This document shows positions 49,801 to 61,072 of a DNA stretch of 64,000 nucleotides, in pieces. The DNA lies in NCBI GenBank assembly GCA_026026165.1, contig JAPEUD010000084.1, positions 1 through 64,000 of the forward strand, written 5' to 3'. Every line of letters starts with the position of its first letter. Positions within the stretch are counted from its first letter, which is position 1. This DNA comes from Sarea resinae. Taxonomy: Eukaryota. Made by a program: the position numbers and the translations under genes. The notes under the pieces are model-generated. The model saw only the letters and a list, made by a program, of their open reading frames with translations. It was not told the DNA's origin and did not search any database.

Positions 49801-51425
49801 TGCACTATTCTGCATTCTATACAGGCGGGTCGCGAAATCAACCTCAGTGGCTCGAGATCGAATCAGTACTGTTGCTACTGCTGGATAGAGGGGCCGATCT
49901 GGAGGCAAAGGACATCAAAGGAAAGACGGTGCTGCGGTATGCCTTAGAAAGGAAATTCGATTTAATGGTGCGACTTTTGCTAGAGAATGGTGCAGACTAT
50001 CGGATGACTCTCTCGCATTCTGCGGCCCTCGAGAGCTATGTGGGCAAGTTTCTTCTGAAGAGAAAAGAGATCGAGGTGGCAGTGTTGCTACTGCTGGACA
50101 AAGAGGTTGACCTTGAGGCAAAAGGCAAATCAGGAGAGATCGTGCTCCCATATGCTGTGGAGAGAGGATTTGAATTTTTGGTTAAATTATTGTTAAGAGA
50201 GGGGGCAGCTTATCATGTGAAAGCTGCATCGCAAAGAACTTTGATGCACAGGGATGCGATCCGAAGTTCCCAAAGCGAGAGACCTGAGGTGAAGGACGAG
50301 CGCGACGTGGTAGCAAAACTCCTACTGGACAAACCGTTCGATCTCGAGGATGAAGCAGAGATCATTGCTTTCCATTCTGCCGCGGCGAGAGGTCTTGAAG
50401 GTTTGGTTGGGATATTTCTAGATAGAAGAGCCTGTCCGGATTTCAAAGGTGGCCATCGAGTGACTGCGTTTCGCCGCACTTTATTGGAGGGCCATGAGGG
50501 GGTGCTAGGGACGCTCCGAGTAGATCCAAGCAGATCACGGAACGAGAGACAAATGGATAACGAAGCAAGCGTTCGATTGATCTCCGAAGGTAGTCGATCT
50601 TCAGAGGCAGAAGTCGCTAGGAGTTGGATCATCTTACACGATGCCGCCCTGCAGGGGCACAAACGTCTGGCTCTACTGATGAAATATAGGGGCATAAATC
50701 TCTCGGCAAAATTCGAACTCGGCTGGACGGCGTTAATTTTCGCCTCGTGGGCAGGCAGCGAGGAGGCCGTACGGTTGCTACTTGATGGCAGAGTCGACGT
50801 AAATGCCAAGGACGATGATGGATATACCGCCTTGCATTACGCGGCGGAGAACAATGTCGAGCCGGTTGCGCGATTGCTGTGTCGCGGAGGGGCCGAATTA
50901 AACGCCAAAACTCTGTTTACGGGCAATTCAGCGCTGCATCTCGCTGTTCAGGGCAAGGATCAAGTCAAGAGAAGGTTAGATTGGAGTCAGAAAACCGATG
51001 TTGGAGGCGACCAGGACGTGGCCAAAGATGAGCAATCAAGAGGAGCGGCAGATGAAAGTCGAGCAAGGGCGGATCGAAAACAAGAGTTGCTCTTGCAATT
51101 ACTCTTAGAACGTGGATCCGATATCAATTCCACCAATCGCCGAGGCCAAACTCCCCTTCACATAACAGCGGAGCGCGGGGCGGATCGTCTTGTGATCTTG
51201 TTACTGGATGCCGGAGCCAAGATCGACGCGGCGACGGGCGACGGTGAGACGCCTTTGGATCTAGCTATGATGAACGGGCACGCACTCACGACGAAGCTGC
51301 TTTTGGAGAGAGGCGCTAAAGCTGGCAATGGAAACGGCACGGGATGGAACACTGCGGACTGGGATGATGGAGAGGAGCTTGACCTTGTCGTAGTTTTGCA
51401 GCGGCTGTCTGCTCCGAGAGAATGA
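46812..51425 (+). CDS. Fungal NLR-like STAND protein: HeLo-like N-terminal domain, NACHT, ankyrin repeats
   Basis: MAEVINIAPGIAGLLSL..ELQSLRRVLAQL..KSLTWPFSE (Helo_like_N pattern); LDWLS..GTGRWLL; spliced P-loop WCPGDPGTGKT; Walker B YIILDALDE; LLATSR; SGMFL; CAGLV..LVHPTTDEFL; many TPLH/TALH ankyrin repeats. Five introns restore one open frame. Confidence 0.92.
48603..48626 (+). repeat. (GAA)8 coding microsatellite (poly-Glu in the NLR)
   Basis: Direct reading. Confidence 0.9.
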
Positions 51426-52544
51426 TCTTGGGTTTTCGCTTTGCTCTTCCGCTGCTTTTTTTTTTGTCGTTACTGCTTTTTGGCACTGGTTTTTGGGGGT
51501 CGAGTCTATTTACCACGCCTTGGGCGGGTGGGCCGGGGAGGAAAAGGGGCTGGATCTTGCGCTTTCTTAAGTCATTTATCATGCGCTCTTTGTCTCGAGG
51601 CTGAGCAAATTTGAGAGGCTACTCGATGCTAATTTTCAACATATCTTTACCTACAGTACTGAGTATACGAGTAATGAGCCCGGAGATCTGAATGGCACCT
51701 TCCTATGCTTAGTAGCGAGAGCTTCTGTAGTACCGAGAATGAGTAGATAGGTGAGCTACCTACCTTACTAAATGATATAGGCATATGGTTTGTATGCAGG
51801 TGTTTAGATGTACAGGCGACAGCCGCCATTACGGAAGGCACAGGCACGGCCTGGAGCAGGCAAAGGAGTAGGGAATGCTGCTTCCAGGTGTCGGTCTTTT
51901 GAACCTTTGATGACAGTCAGTAACAGCAGTAGATTGATTGCTCTGTATGGAGACAATGGGCCGCCTCTACGGATGGCTTCTACGTCTATATATATGCAGA
52001 GTAAAATTAGTATGATCTATACTCAAATGCTCTCCGACTGTATAATACTACTTTGGAGCTTCCGCAAGAAGTTTCCTAGATTCTCCTACATCGCAGTGTT
52101 ATATCAGCTCGTGCTGTTTATTTTTTTACATCTATCTACAAATCGATGCTGATCGTGTTAGAATATAAGCCATCTATTGCCTTGCCTTTAGGTTCGTATG
52201 GATTCTGGTAGTCCCGGCAATAGATGGTTGAACAGATATTGATGTACGTCAGAGCCTGAGATATATAGGAGGAAGGAGCGAACAGCGTCCTCAAGTACGT
52301 GAGGTAAACCACTGAGTTTTTTGGATGGGAAGGACCACAACATCTCTCCTCGACTCCTTCTATGAACAGTAGCATTAGTCCTAGTGATAAAAACATGACA
52401 GTGATCATGTTTCCTCCGCTGTACTCTCTCTTCTCTAGCCATCGCCATCACCAAGAGCCTCACCATCACCAAGACCATCATCACCAAGGCCAATACCAGC
52501 AATCGCAGCAGCTATAGGAAGGTAAGAGTGGCAAGTTTTTGGGC

Positions 52545-52943
52545 ATGGCTGACTCTCTTGTAGTAGCAGGACTCGTGGTAACGGTGTTGGCAGCCCCAAT
52601 CACACTCGCGTGGGGTTGGGTGTTTGCCTGGCTTGGGATAGGTCCTCGGCCTATCCCAAGCCAGCGCCAACATCTAGCAGAAGGGACCTCGGAGGAAACC
52701 GTTAATAGCGGGATTCCATTGCCGAGTCTGGCGCTGACGGCTGAACTCGAACACAACCGTCAGTTTGGCCCGCCCAGGCATCATCGCCGACCTGGTGGTA
52801 GCTTGCGCCCCCGTTCCGCGCGGAGGGATCCTCGCTGCCGCACGATGGAAGGCCCTGACGCTGATGAAGGTGAGGACAAACTGTACGTGTTGTGGTCGTC
52901 TCAGCCTGAGGCTCCGGAGACTGGCCCGAGCAACTCCTCCTAG
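52545..52943 (+). CDS. Possible small orphan protein with an N-terminal hydrophobic segment
   Basis: 132-aa ORF starting MADSLVVAGLVVTVLAAPITLAWGWVFAWLGIG; no recognisable family. Confidence 0.35.
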   Translation: MADSLVVAGLVVTVLAAPITLAWGWVFAWLGIGPRPIPSQRQHLAEGTSEETVNSGIPLPSLALTAELEHNRQFGPPRHHRRPGGSLRPRSARRDPRCRTMEGPDADEGEDKLYVLWSSQPEAPETGPSNSS

Positions 52944-53344
52944 ACGGCAATCTTTTTTAACCCGAGGCCAATGCTTCGGGGATGACGAACAGAATGCTGC
53001 CGTGGCCACGGGTGGCCCCCATATGGGGGTCCACCAGCGTCGAGCTCGCACTTCTTCGTAGTGCTGGTGACAAGTAGCCTATACATGGTGAAACTATGAC
53101 GAGCTCTCAAAGATCAGTGACTGGCGAATGAGAGTTTGAAACAGTAAGTTGGCTGTTCAACGTCTAAAAGTGTCTGATCGTGGCTAATAGGGAAGACGCA
53201 CGGGAGCTCTACAATCCCTCGAGTAGATATAGTACAGACGGAAAACAGTACAGTAGAGAAGAGAATGAGGGGAGGGACTTCGACATTCATTTCTCGAAGC
53301 AAATATACCTAACCTGCACGTAGAAAGTACAATCTCATTGTATC

Positions 53345-54547
53345 CTAGAAAGCTGCTCGTCGTCGATCATCATGCCAATGGAGATGTATAGTCTTCCAAG
53401 GATCCGCAGACCGTGGAATTCCGATTCTGTCCCAGACTGTAGGATAGATTCTTTGAGGCCCCCACCGCCTCGATCTGCCCCCACTAATATTCCCAAAGTT
53501 GCGCCTGGTCCAAAATTTGCATAGAGCATGCTTGCGAGCCTCCGCAACGGCAGCAGTGTCCCCCATGTGATTCGGCAATATATCGGCTTCTGACGCGACT
53601 GTGCTGGCCGGAAATGGTCCTTCGAAAGTAGTTGAGCACCAACGGCAGGATCTTAAGTCGTCACATCGCGGACAAGAAGTACTTAAGGGGTGCGTCTCTT
53701 GACAGCGAAGGGTCTCATCCAGCCAGGTATCTAAATTCCTATGCGGACAACAGAGTCGAGTAGATCCCTTCCAGGTATTTATATTTCGAGGGGGACGACA
53801 GAGCCCTTTGGATGACGATTGGGTTTTCCTTGGAGGCTCCAGGCGCTTCTCCTCCGTACGAGAAAGAAAACCCGCGACTTCGTAGACGGTCGTGACGACC
53901 AATTGGCCGTTAATCTCTCGTCTGGGAAAAGAGATGCTGATGAGAACCGTCCAGGGTCCATAAGATTGACGACACCGATGCCAGAAAGGGCCACTGAGCA
54001 CATCTTCGTCGACGCCAGCAGGAACGGCAGCACGCTTGAGTTTGTCCCCGGACGTAGCCTTGATACAAGGACACAAATCGACGATACCGCCTTGTTTTTC
54101 CCGGAAACATAGTAGAAATCCACTATTGAGCAGAGTGAACTGGCTTGGACGGTGAAGCTGATGACAGTTTTGACACGGCTTCCACCTGTCGGGTTGATCT
54201 TTTGCCAACAAGCCTAGAAACTCCCAACGTCGAGGTTGATACTTCTTTGGACGAACCGAACGCCCATCCTCAAAGCTTTCGGGAAGCCAGAGGTATTTGG
54301 ATGGCTCGGCAGGAAGTTGGAGCTCTGGGAAGTGAGTACCCAACGTAGCGAGAAGGGGTTTGCTGCAGAGAGCAAGAGAAGCTTGATACGGTGCCGGTAG
54401 GAATGAAGCAATATACTGGACCAATTCCGGTGGCAGTTCGTGAATCATGCATCGTTTGCCTTGACGCGGTTCAGGTTCCTCCAAGCAAGTCTGCCGTCGC
54501 GACAATATCTGGAACAGTCGACCCAGAGTTGGCTTGGGGAAGACCAT
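53345..54547 (-). CDS. F-box-like protein with Cys/His-rich C-terminal region
   Basis: Intronless 400-aa ORF; IHELPPELVQYIASFLPAPYQASLALCSKPL (F-box); CQNCHQLH, VDLCPC, WHRC, LCCPH, CPRC, CRWCST, RRNFG. Confidence 0.8.
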   Translation of the reverse strand: MVFPKPTLGRLFQILSRRQTCLEEPEPRQGKRCMIHELPPELVQYIASFLPAPYQASLALCSKPLLATLGTHFPELQLPAEPSKYLWLPESFEDGRSVRPKKYQPRRWEFLGLLAKDQPDRWKPCQNCHQLHRPSQFTLLNSGFLLCFREKQGGIVDLCPCIKATSGDKLKRAAVPAGVDEDVLSGPFWHRCRQSYGPWTVLISISFPRREINGQLVVTTVYEVAGFLSRTEEKRLEPPRKTQSSSKGLCRPPRNINTWKGSTRLCCPHRNLDTWLDETLRCQETHPLSTSCPRCDDLRSCRWCSTTFEGPFPASTVASEADILPNHMGDTAAVAEARKHALCKFWTRRNFGNISGGRSRRWGPQRIYPTVWDRIGIPRSADPWKTIHLHWHDDRRRAAF

Positions 54548-54967
54548 CTTGCTTGACGGAGGTCACAGTTGGCGGCCGGAAAGCTTGCCGTGCAGAGGAT
54601 ATCTATCATTCCAAGCACATACCATGTAGATGAAGGATCCTGTCGTGGTCGCATTTCCAATGAAGCCGTGATGGATCTCGGGATCTTGACAGACACGAAG
54701 TGCAAGAGGGCCGCTACCTGCCCAGGTGCTACTTTGTAGTAGTATTTACTACTGGACCTCACCTCCAGCGAGATCCTCCACCGCCACCCATTGTTTGGAC
54801 CTCTTTCCCGCCGTCTCATTGTCCCCATGAAGTAATTCGTACATGGCGAGGCTGCCCCTCATGGTCTCGCCTCTCTCCGCTCCGACGAGTACCCCCATTG
54901 TTCGACATCCCACCGCTGTCCCCGAAAGACACGGCCTTCAACCAAGACTCGCATCGATCTCGCACCT

Positions 54968-56959
54968 ATGGCCAACCACGACATCTCCCTGTCGGACCTG
55001 CCCGACGAATTGATACAGAACATCTTCCACTATCTTGCCAGCCCGTCACTCGCTCCTCTCCGGCTGGTCTCAAAGCGTTTCGATGCGCTTGCAGAAGAAC
55101 CGCTTCTTTGGCGGGATCGCTGTTGGACCGAATTTCACTATTGGGACCCAAGGCACTCCATACAACGGAAGTTCACAGAGCCGGCGGCTCTCGTCAACTG
55201 GAAACAGCTTTATATATACCGTTTTCGAGTCGACCGTAGCACTACCACGGAACTCAATAGTCTATTGACCAGCCAGACCGGTCGGATCGAGAAAATCCAA
55301 ACCATTGCAGATCATGGGTATGACGCAAAGGATACGCTGTTGAGGCATACGCGGTGTGACTGCAACAGCGAAGATGTTCTCGCTCGTCGGTAAGTGGCTT
55401 CCATGCTCCAGACTGCCAATACCACTCAGGCTAATGATCAACAACAGGTACTACGCTGATGCCGTCCTCGGATGCATACAGCGGAAGCTAGCCATCGACG
55501 AGTGGTGCAAGATCAAGGATGGCCAGGATGTACCTTTGGAAAGGGCTCTGGGCGCTTTTGATATGTTTGTAGTGCAGAATCGTGAGCACGACCTGGACGA
55601 GGTGAGTTCTTGGGGAGTGCTACGATCTAGGTTTGAAGCAGCTGACCACGGGATCCAGATATCGGAACGCCTAGATGAATTGGCGCAACATTTCAGGGAC
55701 ACATACTCGGATTTTGACACCTTATCGCCAAGAAATCAAGCTCTTCAGCTACTCGATTTTGCGCGTACAAAACGCCTCACTGGCTTGGATGAAGGACACA
55801 ACTATAGTGATATCAAAAACCGGTTTCTTGGTATTGCTCTATTTTCCGAAGATCATTCATCTCTGCCATTGCTTTCCGTTACAATCTACTGCAGCCTGGC
55901 ACGGAGGCTTGGCTTGGATGCTCGTCCGTGTGCTTTCCCATTCCACGTTCACGCGATAGTTCAAGCCCCCGCTGAAACCACTCTCGATGGAAGATCCAGA
56001 GGGTCCAGTGAGGGCGAAGAAAGGCAAAGAATGTTCCTGGACCCGTGGCGGTCCGATACAGAGATCCCTCTCACCGACCTTGAGGCCCAATTGCGGCACA
56101 TAGGTGTCAACCCGTCAGAGTTTTCTTCCTACCTAGGCGCATCACAACCCAATGAAATGGTACTCCGAAACGCCCACAACATCATAAACGCCATCCAAGA
56201 AGCGCGTGAAGACGACCCTTCTAGTATCGTGGGCGACCATTTTCCGAACCTAGACAGCGCCTTCTACGGTGCCCTGTGGGCATCTTTACTTCTCGGGCCT
56301 CTCCAAAGGCGCCATCATGTGGGAACTCTCGTTCGGAGACAATACCTCCCTTACGTCGTCCGCCATTTCGAAACCCACTTCCCCATGGATGCTTCCTTGA
56401 TCGAAGATTACATCCTCCCCCTATTCGTGAACGCGCCCGAGTTCACTCAGCTCTTGGAAACCGTCCGTGTCATTCGTGCAGGCGACTCGGTTCCCAAACG
56501 CGTCTTATCTCGCGCTGGCGTCGCCGATCCATCTCAATTACCCAAACAGAAAGTCGGAAGCGTGTTTCGCCATCGACGTTATGCATACGATGCCGTCATA
56601 ATCGGATGGGACGCCGAATGCCAGGCCGGCGAACACTGGATGCAGCAGATGGGCATCGATCGTCTCTCGCGCGGGAGGCATCAAAGCTTCTACCATGCGC
56701 TGTAAGTCACTGCTCTATCGTCCGGCATATCAAGTGCGATTCATACCTGCCTGATTGGTACTCGTACTAACTCATTTCTTGCCGTCAAAGTGTTGATGAT
56801 CAAACCGTTCGCTACGTCGCTGAGGAGAACCTCCAGATCATTCATCCCGAGCAACCGCCCGCGGATCTGCTGATCTCTGCGGGAAAATATTTCAAGCGTT
56901 GGGATGCCGAACGCTGCGTATTTGTTAGCAATATCAAGGACGAGTATCCCGATGACTGA
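54968..56959 (+). CDS. F-box protein with transglutaminase-like (SirB1-type) and YccV/HspQ domains (FBXO21-like)
   Basis: SLSDLPDELIQNIFHYL..LRLVSKRF..LWRDRC; SLPLLSVTIYCSLARRLGLDARPCAFPFHVH; VGSVFRHRRYAYDAVIIGWD..QSFYHAL|VDDQTVRYVAEENL..AGKYFKRWD..EYPDD*; three introns. Confidence 0.9.
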
Positions 56960-57916
56960 TCAGATCACCATACCTTATACTATCCTGCCATAGCTATGTT
57001 CTCCGCGAGAAACCTGGATTCGTCATTTCGGTAAAGGAAACAATGGGAAATAAGACGTAACGAGATGAAATCGGGGGAGACCGTTGGAGTAGAGAACGGT
57101 ATCTTTTCTGTGTCTGTCTGGCAATCTCAACGTAGCTTTGTACCAGTGCGATTCGGTCAAACACGAGGGAATATTGCAAGTACTTGTTCAACCATTTCTC
57201 TGTCCTAACATACGTGCTGGCTACATATGTCTCCCCTCATCACTTAAATCGAGGCCGAGGCGGCGAATGACAAGTGACCAATGAAGCTACGTTTGCACAC
57301 AATGTGACTATAGACATAGAGGAAGAGAAAGCATAGTTGCCAGACCCCGTCAGACTCCGTCAGATTCCAAGGGGCATCAGAGATACATTTATCAGAGCAG
57401 GCAGCCTTGGCATAGAGTACTTGAATGCATAGAGCTAGATTTTCGAGCTGCATAGGCCCTTGTCTATGTCAATGATGCTATGTTGATGCTGATACAGTGA
57501 ACCTCTATGGTATCATGCTGCTGCCGAGACGAACAGAATCATTAGGAAAACCCCCCGGTGAGGGTGGTATTAGGAGGAAAAGAAGCTGAAGCAGGCAAGG
57601 TATCTATCGAGAAAAAAAAATTGCAAGCAAATACGCCCGCTAGGGAGACCGACTAAATGAAGAAAATATCGGAATATTAAGAGAGAGGGTGGCCAGGAAA
57701 GGAAACACAGTGACAAGAATTAAGTGTGTGTGAAGATAATGCACACCTTAGTGCGTATTGGTGAGAAGAGTGCATCCATCTGTGTTTCGAGCAGCAATGA
57801 GCGAAGTTCATATGTCACAGCCCCTTGGCGCCCTACTCCCGCAACCTACGCGCCTGATCTTAGTCCATCCCACCCGCTCGAATCAATCGTCCGCGAAACT
57901 CCTACCACGAGCAGCT

Positions 57917-59317
57917 TTACCAGCTACCGCTAGTAAATCCGACACGAGCCTTCAGCGCCTGTGTCTCAGCCCTCGACAGCCCCTCTACCTTGCCCGACTC
58001 CAGTTGCGTGAGTATGGGAGGGGCCTGGCATTTCTGCAGTGCAAAGAGGAATTCCACGATGGCGTTCTCGAAGCGGTCGACGGGATGTCGGGATGATAGG
58101 GTTTGTAGGTGGGATTCGGCTGTTTGGGGCTGGGCTTGAGGGAGGGGCTGGGAGGATGGTTGCACTGGCGGGGCCGATGCTGGAGAGGGCGGTATGAGCT
58201 GTGAGGAGAGCGGGTCAGTCAGACGTATGAATAGAAGATGAGACACTGGGAAGATATCAAAGATCAGTACCTCAAGAAAATGCTCAGCGCGCGCCTGTTT
58301 CCAGCCCCTAACTTCCTGCATTCTCGCCTCTGCATCTACCATCTCCACGTCTTGGCGGCCCTCATCTTGCTCCTGGAAAAACATAGCATTCACTTCAACC
58401 TGCTCAACGCTCTCCTCGCCTCCCTCATCCCTTTCATCCAAACCCCAAGCAAATGCTTCTCTCAAGGCCCCTAGGCCCTGTGCCCCGCAGATGAGGTATT
58501 GCTCTATTACGGCTTGAACCATGTATTCGCAAGCCATGTTGATCCACGGTCCGGAGATGGACTGGTTGGCCGAGAAGCGCACTACCTCTGCTGAGAGTGC
58601 CATGAACGATGGCAGTGTGTCGAGGAGTGATGGGCCCGAGGGGGTGCCATAAAAGCAAGACGGGAATTCAGAGGTAGGCGGTACGCCTAGTCGGGTCAGG
58701 ACTTGGGTGCGATTGTAGTCTAGGGAGGCCTGAGGGAGCGGGAAAGTTGTAGTAAAGAGATCCAAAGACGACTCCGGGGGTGTGTGCATATCGCCGAGAC
58801 AGGGCGGAGTGTGCGAATACCAAGTGTCTGCGCGCCTGCGATTCTTCTGCCTCAGCCTTTCGAGGGACTGTAGCGGCGGAGTCGACGAAGAGGGATAGAG
58901 ACGACGGATGAACAGGTTTGTGAATTTGAGGAGGCTAAGACGGAATCGCAGATATGCTGGCGCTTCATCGGTCGTATGCTTGAGCTTGAAAATTGTGAGG
59001 AAACCTGTCAAATGACGATGATGTTTGTCAGTTGCTGTTCATGCTGACCCATGCATTGCAAAGACGCACCGTCGACCATGCTCAAGGGGAGATCAGCCCC
59101 AGAGCCGAGGAATGGCTCCCTGCCCGCCCGCCGGGCCTTGCACTCATCGAGGAGGGCTTTGTTCGCAGAGGAGAGGAGATAATCTAGGATCATCTACGAG
59201 CGAACAGGTCAGCGGCCTGCAGTTGCGGTGCTTTCTCACGCACACAGGCGCATCTACCTCATCCACGTCAAGCGATAATGTGGGGTCGGCACACTTCGCA
59301 TCCGGTGAAACTGCCAT
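57917..59317 (-). CDS. Uncharacterised fungal protein with a LisH-like N-terminal helix
   Basis: MAVSPDAKCADPTLSLDVDE|MILDYLL..SMVD|GFLTIFK; LLDTLPSFMALSA, WINMACEYMVQAVIEQ, EAFAWG, PPILTQLESGKVEGLS; three canonical introns. Confidence 0.8.
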
Positions 59318-59569
59318 GGCTACTGCTACTCATGCAGGATATCTGCCGTGGAACAGAGGGACTAGGGGTAAGGTGAGGTGAGGTGAGGTAAGGTGAACGA
59401 GTGGCGACGAGAGCCTGAGGAGGCAGTACTCCGTAAGCGGGGCTGTGAAATAGCCAGGGAAGATATGCACTATACCTCGACAATGATTAAAGAGAGTATT
59501 TCGTCGGATACAACATCATAATGAGTGAATAAATGAGAGACTAAATGACTGGCGGAATGAGAGCGGCAG

Positions 59570-59593
59570 GATGATGATGATGATGATGATGAT
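59570..59593. repeat. (GAT)8 microsatellite
   Basis: Direct reading. Confidence 0.9.
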
Positions 59594-59718
59594 AAGTGAT
59601 AGGAGTACCTCGATTGTATTGCTGGAACGTGGTGCAGCTACGGACAGGGACTTCTGAATGATGATAATGTCCAAACTCCATGCGTGGATGCATTATTATC
59701 GATAGTACACCCGGAGTA

Positions 59719-61072
59719 CAGTTCCGTGTCATAAGTCTTAACGATTTTCGCGAAAAATCGCGAAAATCCTACCACACCACCTTCAACCTAGTGCCTCCAG
59801 GCCACGATAACTCGATGCCGCGCGCTCCGTTAGCCAGGATCTCTGGGAATAAGAGTCAGAGGAAGGAGATGACCCCGTACGAGCGAGGAAAAGTGGTTGG
59901 GATGGCCCAGGTTGGCACACCACCTGCTAAGATCGCGCGCTCGCTCCAACTCCCTGACGCGACAGTGCGATCTATTATCGCTATCACCCCCTCTCGCGCC
60001 CAGGGGGAATCGCTGCCTCGATCAGGAAGGCCTGTTACTTATTCAGACCGTGATCTTCGAAGGATCCTACACACAGTACGAACAAACCCTGCGATTACCT
60101 ACCAAAATCTAGAGAAAGAGTTAGATCTACACATCTCAAAGTCTACCTACTATCGCATCCTTAAACAGCATGGTATACAAGATTGGAGGGCTAAGAAGAG
60201 GCCTCTATTAAAGGAGAAGGATGCTCAGAAGCGTCTAGAGTGGGCACAGACACACGAGCACTGGTCTGTAGAAGATTGGAAGAAGGTTATCTGGAGCGAC
60301 GAATGCTCAATAGAACGAGGTTCTGGAAAGCGACGCACCTGGGTCTTTCGAACGCCAGAACAGAAGTGGAATAAGGAGATGATTGAGCCGTACGCAAAGG
60401 GAAAGGGTGTGACTGTCATGGTATGGGCTGCCTTCTGGGGTGAGGGCCGCTCAGACCTAATTCGTATGGTCCGCGATCCAGAAGGTGGAGGGTTTAGTTC
60501 CTGGTCCTATGTGGAGATTCTTGAGGATAATCTCAAAGCTATATAGATGCCAGGCATGGTATTCATGCAGGACAATGCTCCTATTCATAAATCCCACTAT
60601 ACAACAGCCTGGTTCGAGGAGAGCGGTGTTACAGTCATGAAGTGGCCTCCTTACTCTCCTGATTTAAACCCTATTGAGCATGACTAGTTTCCACTCAAGG
60701 AAGGAGTCTATACAGCACGCCCTGATATAGAAGAAGTTGGTGGATCAAAGGAGAAGGTAGCAGACATCTTATTTACCGCATTAGAAGGGTCCTAGGATCA
60801 GATTTCATCGAGTCATCATAATAAGTTGATCGAGAGTATGCCAAGGAGAGTTATGTGTGTGATCAAGGCAGATGGATGGTACACCAAGTATTAGCCACTT
60901 TTATTAAATTTCTAAAGAGGCAGAATCAAAGCAATGAATCTCATGTATAACATATTTTAATTTCAATTAATTCTCTATATTAGTCGTTGAGTTATACGGT
61001 GTTGAAGTTGTGTGGATTTGGTGGTCTGCTCGCTCGAGATGCCGAATCGCGAAGACTTTTGACCTAGTACTA
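59719..61072 (+). mobile_element. Tc1/impala-like DNA transposon (about 1354 bp) with imperfect TIRs and TA target duplication
   Basis: TA|CAGTTCCGTGTCATAAGTCTTAACGATT (59719-59746) versus AATCGCGAAGACTTTTGACCTAGTACTA|TA (61045-61072): 20/28 match as an inverted repeat. Encloses a transposase. Confidence 0.85.
59815..60894 (+). pseudogene. Tc1 DD34E transposase with three premature stops
   Basis: HTH, RSGRP, AKKRPLL, VIWSDEC, VMVWAAF, FMQDNAPIH, WPPYSPDLNPIE (34 residues between D and E), GWYTKY*. In-frame TAG at 60544, 60685 and 60793. Confidence 0.93.

Noticed and set aside
60984..61000. Alternative right TIR at tcgttgagttatacgg
   Set aside because: Needs gaps and lacks a flanking TA; 61045-61072 matches ungapped and is followed by TA.
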